DNA of 64,000 bases from an uncultured virus (IMG/VR IMGVR_UViG_3300010370_000031). Its lineage: Duplodnaviria; Heunggongvirae; Uroviricota; Caudoviricetes. Both the position numbers and the translations under genes were made by a program. Shown piece by piece: positions 58,614 to 64,000 of this stretch (within the stretch, counting starts at the first letter, position 1; every line of letters starts with the position of its first letter). The notes below the pieces were generated by a model. It saw only the letters and a program-made list of their open reading frames with translations, searched no databases and was not told the origin of the DNA. Location: IMG/VR virus record IMGVR_UViG_3300010370_000031; one strand, written 5' to 3'.

Positions 58614-58631
58614 TACTTTTTCCTTATAATA

Positions 58632-59162
58632 TTATACGTTAGTTTCTAAATCAACTTGATAAATTCTTCCTTCTGGGCCCATCATATCCCAAAAACCAAT
58701 AGTAGATACTCCAAAAGCATCCACAGTATTTGCTAGTGGATTATTTGGATCTGAATTGGCGTTATAATCACCAGTGGGAAACAAAGCAAGTCCAGGGATT
58801 TCAATCCACTGGACTCCAGCTCCTGTTGTTGCTAGAACATTACCAGGCGACCCTGTGCTGCCATTAGCAGTCAGAGTTCCTAATAATTTTAAATTGGTTG
58901 CATTTACATAAAAACCATCCCAAGATAAATTGGGAGATGCTCCATATTCTCCGTTATCATTAAATTGAAATTGTCCATTACTACCAGCAAGAGTAGTAGC
59001 AGATCCAACATCAACAATAGATTCTACACCGTTCTGATTTTTCTTGAGGAATAATTTACCTTCAAAGGTATTGATGGCTAATTCACCTAAGTCAAGATGC
59101 CCTACCTCAGGAAATCTCCCAGGTACGGACGTACGTTTAATTCTAATCTTAGGTGCTGCCAT
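58632..59162 (-). CDS. Short fibre-like protein
   Basis: IRIKRT...LGELAINTFEGKLF. Confidence 0.72.
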   Translation of the reverse strand: MAAPKIRIKRTSVPGRFPEVGHLDLGELAINTFEGKLFLKKNQNGVESIVDVGSATTLAGSNGQFQFNDNGEYGASPNLSWDGFYVNATNLKLLGTLTANGSTGSPGNVLATTGAGVQWIEIPGLALFPTGDYNANSDPNNPLANTVDAFGVSTIGFWDMMGPEGRIYQVDLETNV

Positions 59163-59204
59163 ATGGCTTCCTCTCAGTCAGTGCTATTTAGCGGAGGGTA
59201 GACT

Positions 59205-59426
59205 TTATGTAAAGTCTTCTTGGACAGTATTTACTGCCTTCTTTTTGGTTGTCCCAGTGGATTTATCAGATTCTAACTCGGTAATTTTTTCCCTGAGGGA
59301 GTTTACTGTCTGCGTTAGAATATTACCTCTGGTCTCTAAAATAATGTTTTGTTGGACTAAATCCGACAAACGCTTTTGATAAACTTGAATCAATGAATTG
59401 TAATCAATTTCGACATCATTAGACAT
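59205..59426 (-). CDS. Small coiled-coil protein (possible fibre chaperone)
   Basis: Heptad pattern; sits among fibre genes. Confidence 0.65.
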   Translation of the reverse strand: MSNDVEIDYNSLIQVYQKRLSDLVQQNIILETRGNILTQTVNSLREKITELESDKSTGTTKKKAVNTVQEDFT

Positions 59427-59443
59427 AATTTACTCCATATAAA

Positions 59444-60937
59444 TCAGAATGTACCGCCGTCAACGAGTGTATTAATTAACTCAAAAGTGCCAGCGTTATT
59501 ATTTAAAACTTGATTAGTTGCAGTGCCGAAACTACCTAACCAAAGACCTTTCATCTGCACATTTGCTAGTGTGCCAGATAGTTGAGGACCAGCAGCTTCA
59601 GTTGTATCATCTACGAATAAGAATCCAGTGTTACCATCCCAGAAAATCGAAGATGTTTTGGCGGATGTATCGTAGTAGTGGAATCTGAAACCACGGTCAG
59701 ATGAAGTTGCTGAAGTTGGAGCTCCACCACTTACTGTGCCTAATTCTAAAACAGGGTCATCATAAGTTGTAACGGTTGAGTTAGAAGTTGTCGTGCTACC
59801 ATTAACAGTTAAGTTACCAGCAACAGTTACGTTTGCTCCAGAAAGAGTAATAGCAGTTGTGCCACCACTTGACTTGATATCGTTACCAGTAACAGTTAAA
59901 TCTCCAGCAACTGAAACATCATTACCACTGTAAGTGATAGGAGAATTTACTAACTGGTCGTTAGTATTATCCCAACCCATGATAGTAGCATCAGCAAGTG
60001 CGCTACCATTCTTGAGTTGAATATCATCAGCATTAACTGTGATGCCAATACCAGCACCAACTGCTAAATCTACTGTTTGTCCTTCGCCAGCAGATGAAGT
60101 TTTTGTTAAACCCGCACCAGCAGTTACATCTTCAACATAGTTACCAGTGGTATCTGTACCAAGAGCAACTGAGTTAGCAGCAATAGTAGCAGTTAAAGTA
60201 GCATTTGCTAAATCAGTAACAGTTACGCTACCAGTTAAATCACCACCAAGAGTAATTGTGAAATCTGCAACATTGAAATCAAGATGACCATTTGCGTCAT
60301 CATAAGTAACAGCAATACCACTTTCTTGGTTGGTGGTTGTTACCATAGCACCAACAATATCTTGCACTCTCTCAGCATTGATAGTTACTGATCCAGATGA
60401 AACAGCAAAATCAGTAGTTGGAAAAATTGCAACACCAGCGTTGGTGTCTGTTGCTAACTCAGCAGCAATAGTAACAGTGTTATTAGTAATCGAAGTATCA
60501 ATACCTTCTCCGCCAGTAAAGGTGAGTGTCTCTCCAGTATTGATGCTATCTGTGCCAGTATCGCCAGCAATAGATAAATTACTTACAACTTCTGCCCAAG
60601 AAGTAACACCGTTTGCATCTGTCTTTAAAAAATAGTTAGCAGTTGGTGTTGCTGGGAGAGTATAAGTGGTGTTTGATGCTGAAGTATCAGGTGCTTTAAT
60701 CGAAACACTACCGCCACCACCAGCGCCAGTCTTTGAGTGAAGTTTTACTGATTGTCCAGTAGATGTAGTTTCTTTAACCCAGTAGCGGGCAGAACCAAGG
60801 AATTTGTTGTTATTGGTTGTGCCGTCAAGTCCCAAATAAAAATTATATTCATCATTAACAAATGCTGGTTCACCTGCAGCTAAAGCTGGAAGGTTTGCTT
60901 GCAAACCTCTCTTAAACTTAATCGTTGGTGCCGCCAT
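59444..60937 (-). CDS. Tail fibre-like protein
   Basis: IKFKRG...LAAGEP N-terminus; NSVALGTDTTGNYV; ends DGGTF. Confidence 0.8.
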   Translation of the reverse strand: MAAPTIKFKRGLQANLPALAAGEPAFVNDEYNFYLGLDGTTNNNKFLGSARYWVKETTSTGQSVKLHSKTGAGGGGSVSIKAPDTSASNTTYTLPATPTANYFLKTDANGVTSWAEVVSNLSIAGDTGTDSINTGETLTFTGGEGIDTSITNNTVTIAAELATDTNAGVAIFPTTDFAVSSGSVTINAERVQDIVGAMVTTTNQESGIAVTYDDANGHLDFNVADFTITLGGDLTGSVTVTDLANATLTATIAANSVALGTDTTGNYVEDVTAGAGLTKTSSAGEGQTVDLAVGAGIGITVNADDIQLKNGSALADATIMGWDNTNDQLVNSPITYSGNDVSVAGDLTVTGNDIKSSGGTTAITLSGANVTVAGNLTVNGSTTTSNSTVTTYDDPVLELGTVSGGAPTSATSSDRGFRFHYYDTSAKTSSIFWDGNTGFLFVDDTTEAAGPQLSGTLANVQMKGLWLGSFGTATNQVLNNNAGTFELINTLVDGGTF

Positions 60938-60988
60938 TTAATGATTCCTATCTATACGATTTCTCTTACTATTTATGAATTAGAATAC

Positions 60989-61333
60989 TTAAAATCCACC
61001 TGCGTCAACATCAATAAGATTATCCAATTCAATATCCAATTCATCGATAAATGGTTGTGGTAATCCAGGTGATACTGGTTCAGTTTGTGAAGCAGCAGTA
61101 TTCAATACTACATCTGGATTGACAAATTTATATTTTCTTGCTATCGCATCATAAACCATAACATAATTATTTGTAGTGTTTCCTGTTTTATCTAAAGCAG
61201 AGGAATCTACATTCCCTAAATCTTCTAGTGACTGTGCCAAGAGTTGTGTGGTAGATAAACGGAGATTTGTTGCTGATGTGAGTTGCGCGGTAATATTATT
61301 ACCATATGTCATTTTTACGGTGTATTCTGACAT
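60989..61333 (-). CDS. Structural hypothetical protein
   Basis: LEDLGNVD, YVMVYD, ends DAGGF. Confidence 0.7.
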   Translation of the reverse strand: MSEYTVKMTYGNNITAQLTSATNLRLSTTQLLAQSLEDLGNVDSSALDKTGNTTNNYVMVYDAIARKYKFVNPDVVLNTAASQTEPVSPGLPQPFIDELDIELDNLIDVDAGGF

Positions 61334-61665
61334 TAAGTAACTCCTGGGGATACGGTTACGATTCCTTCTGCCACTCTAGTTTTTACACCACCGCTAGATG
61401 TAATCACTAAATCATAAACATAACGTCCAGGTTTTAAAATTTTTGTGGCAAAGTTACTCATTGATAACTTCAACTTACCATCAGCTCTATTAACAAAAGA
61501 GACACCAAAAGTATTATAAGATGAAGCAGTGTGAGTTTTTCTAATCTTTGATTCCGCCGTATACCCAGTAAGGTCGAGAGGAACATTATTAGCAGATGTC
61601 ACAGTAAATTGTGCTTCAAAATCTGCTCCTTGCTCCACAACTAAATTTACAGGTATAGCTGCCAT
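61333..61665 (-). CDS. Conserved phage structural hypothetical protein
   Basis: EQGADF, DLTGYT, GRYVYD, RVAEGIVTVSPGVT. Confidence 0.75.
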   Translation of the reverse strand: MAAIPVNLVVEQGADFEAQFTVTSANNVPLDLTGYTAESKIRKTHTASSYNTFGVSFVNRADGKLKLSMSNFATKILKPGRYVYDLVITSSGGVKTRVAEGIVTVSPGVT

Positions 61666-61675
61666 TACTACCTAC

Positions 61676-61710
61676 AAAAAACCCTTCGTATAGTATTTAT
61701 ACGAAGGGTT
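61676..61710 (-). terminator. Terminator hairpin with TATAAATA late promoter across its stem and loop
   Basis: AACCCTTCGTATA-AATAC-TATACGAAGGGTT-TTTT. Confidence 0.85.
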
Positions 61711-61715
61711 GAAAA

Positions 61716-61922
61716 TCATTCTTCAGTTGCCGTTTCTTCTTCAGGCAATTCACCCAAATCTTGCGATTCTGATTTTTCAAGCAATTCTAAAGTTTCTAAT
61801 CCACCCTGAAGTTTGAGTTTATACTCTTGTGCTTTTGCTAATTCTGCTTGAATTTGAGCAATTTTTTCATCAATTTCTTTGAGTTGATTTTGAAAATTTT
61901 CTTTCAGACCAGTAGTATCCAT
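61716..61922 (-). CDS. Small acidic coiled-coil protein
   Basis: ORF with ATAAATA at 61947-61953; LKLQGGLETLELL. Confidence 0.7.
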   Translation of the reverse strand: MDTTGLKENFQNQLKEIDEKIAQIQAELAKAQEYKLKLQGGLETLELLEKSESQDLGELPEEETATEE

Positions 61923-61966
61923 ACGCTTAAAATAACAACGCGATGTTATTTATTATAGCACATATG

Positions 61967-64000
61967 TCAAGAGATTACGTAATTTTTTTGAATAATTAAA
62001 CGATTGAGATAATCATTTTGATCAGCTGCTGGTGTATATCTAAGTCTTACATTACCTCCAGAAATATCTGCGCTAAATGTTCCTAGCAATTTATTATTAA
62101 AAATAGTGGAGTATTCTGACAGATAAACATCAGTGCCATCGTTAAGTAGCATTATTTCAGTTGAATGAATATAATTATTTACTGTATTTTTAATTTGAAT
62201 TAAATATTTTGCAGTGTTGACACTAGATGCTCCAAATTGATCTAAAGTGATAGTTGACGAAGAAATTGAATCTATTACTTCTAAGTTATCTAAAATTCTT
62301 ACAATTTTAATGACGCCATAATTTTGTGTGTCATTGCCAGATTGGTAATACAAAAATGGTGGAGCATTTTGTGGTACTGTAAATCTAACTATACTGTTGG
62401 ATGTATTACCATTTCCAATGACACCAGTAGAATATAAGTTTGCTCCTATTGCTCCTGGTGACGTGACAATATTGAATGGATGTCCAGTAATATCTCCTAA
62501 ATCAAATACGTATTCTTTTCCAGGTAATAATTGTAAATCTGGTAATACCCCTAAATCTTGTGAAATATTTACATCTAAAATTTTATATTTGTTAGATTCT
62601 TTAGTAACTTGGAATGTTGGAACTCCCGACACGCCAATTCCAATTTGAATTTCACTGGGGTTTGCTGGTAATAGACCAGGGTTTCCCAAAAGAGTTCTCG
62701 AACCAATATTTTGAATTTTTCCTAATGTTATTCCTTTTTCTCTAAGATCAATAACATTTTGTTGATTGATATCAAATAAACTATACTTATACCTAGCAAC
62801 ACCTAGACTACTAGATCCAGATGTTTGTCCAGATGAATATGATGCAGAAGCAACATCTAATTCAACAAATCCACTTTCTTGAATTTGTCCAAGTGTTACT
62901 TGACCGCCACTAATATAACTGCCAGGATTGGTTGACTTGTCTACAGTAAAAGTATCACTATCTATTAATGTGATGATGTAAGTACCATTGAAAGAATCAG
63001 GAATAATTCCTTCTACTTCTACTGCATCACCAGTGTTTAATAAATGTGTGACGGATGTGTTGAATGTAATTTTATTTGTTGTTGAATTCCAAGAAGCCGA
63101 AGAAATATTTTTTGGGGTGCCAGTTTTTTTAATTATTTCTCTGGATCCAGCAACTGTAACAGCGGAATTTTGTGGTGGTAGAATACCTTTTACAACTGGT
63201 GTAAATTTACTAATACCACTGAGATAACTATCTTCATTTGCAATTCCAGTGCCTAATCTAGAAGGAGATAAAATGCCAGAAACAATAGCTGCAGCATCTA
63301 ATTGATTGAGTGATAACAATTCCCAATTATCTGGATCTGTTGCGGGTAATTGGGAAAGAATCCACGTTTGTAATACTGTATTTGGATCTCCGTCTATTTC
63401 ATTTTTTTGAATTGCAATATCACCTGCTTTTAAAGCACTACCCAAGAAAGATAGAGATGCACCAACTGTTAAAGGTGGTAATGTTTGATCTACCGTAATA
63501 GTATTTGTTGTGGTATCAATACCACCAACAACAATTCTTGTATTTGATGGAATCCCCGCACCAACTACACGCAATCCATCTCTCAAATTAACTACATTGT
63601 TTAATGTAATTGTGGTATTAGTGTTAGAAACTAAAGTTTTGATGGAAATTGGAATATATTCCTGTAGTCTTTCCGCTTCAGTTTCAATTGTATAAACCAC
63701 AAATTGTTGTGATTGTGGTAACTGAGAGACATCAATTTTTCCATTTGAATCTAACTGTACAATCAGACCAGGAATACTAGATGTTCCTTTATTCAATCCA
63801 ACAAAATTACCTAAAACGGATGATTTGTTAATGTAATCTCTAACCGCTTTTTGTGTTGGTAATACAGTATGTGCAGTATTAACTGCTCCCCCAAGATTAT
63901 CATCTGGAGAAAATTTGAAAATAGGTACTCCTGGAGATCCTTTAAGTTGTAAAGAATCTAATACACCAAGAGCAACAGATCCGCTAAATGATACTTTACC
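61967..64000 (-). CDS. Large fibre/baseplate-associated structural protein (5' end outside window)
   Basis: Frame stays open to 64000 (GKVSFSGSVALG...LPTQKAVRDY); C-terminal AKYLIQ...FSADISGGNVRL domain. Confidence 0.8.
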   Translation of the reverse strand, partial: GKVSFSGSVALGVLDSLQLKGSPGVPIFKFSPDDNLGGAVNTAHTVLPTQKAVRDYINKSSVLGNFVGLNKGTSSIPGLIVQLDSNGKIDVSQLPQSQQFVVYTIETEAERLQEYIPISIKTLVSNTNTTITLNNVVNLRDGLRVVGAGIPSNTRIVVGGIDTTTNTITVDQTLPPLTVGASLSFLGSALKAGDIAIQKNEIDGDPNTVLQTWILSQLPATDPDNWELLSLNQLDAAAIVSGILSPSRLGTGIANEDSYLSGISKFTPVVKGILPPQNSAVTVAGSREIIKKTGTPKNISSASWNSTTNKITFNTSVTHLLNTGDAVEVEGIIPDSFNGTYIITLIDSDTFTVDKSTNPGSYISGGQVTLGQIQESGFVELDVASASYSSGQTSGSSSLGVARYKYSLFDINQQNVIDLREKGITLGKIQNIGSRTLLGNPGLLPANPSEIQIGIGVSGVPTFQVTKESNKYKILDVNISQDLGVLPDLQLLPGKEYVFDLGDITGHPFNIVTSPGAIGANLYSTGVIGNGNTSNSIVRFTVPQNAPPFLYYQSGNDTQNYGVIKIVRILDNLEVIDSISSSTITLDQFGASSVNTAKYLIQIKNTVNNYIHSTEIMLLNDGTDVYLSEYSTIFNNKLLGTFSADISGGNVRLRYTPAADQNDYLNRLIIQKNYVIS

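Overview
A 64-kb segment of a T4-like myovirus genome. Gene content and order match cyanobacteria-infecting T4-like phages (Kyanoviridae type). Essentially all genes are on the minus strand. Read in transcription order (right to left), the window holds: a cluster of tail-fibre/structural genes ending in a glycine-rich adhesin-like gene and a flavin-dependent halogenase; the neck, terminase, tail and head module (g13-g23, g3); uvsY, uvsW, g55, g47, g46; a HExxH+VWA protein with a MoxR/'CobS' AAA+ ATPase; the replication module (g45, g44, 2OG-Fe(II) oxygenase, Dam-like methylase, g62, regA, hsp20, g43, uvsX, g41, mazG); a late-promoter block of mostly uncharacterised genes; primase, nrdA, nrdB; and a nuclease plus two lysin-like genes. 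No tRNA, CRISPR, intron, intein or integrase was recognised. Highlights: (i) modular basic/acidic proteins whose shared linkers resemble T4 capsid-targeting and gp21 cleavage sequences; (ii) a KxDG ligase-fold / nucleotidyltransferase / PD-(D/E)XK nuclease gene trio; (iii) promoters repeatedly embedded in terminator hairpins, one hiding the RBS ahead of the nuclease/lysin genes; (iv) a ROSE-like thermometer before hsp20 and a candidate structured small RNA after it; (v) a consensus antisense sigma70 promoter near uvsW; (vi) a GGTAC-to-GGCAC codon-pair bias that breaks down inside one tail-fibre segment. All calls come from motif recognition by eye; no database search was run.
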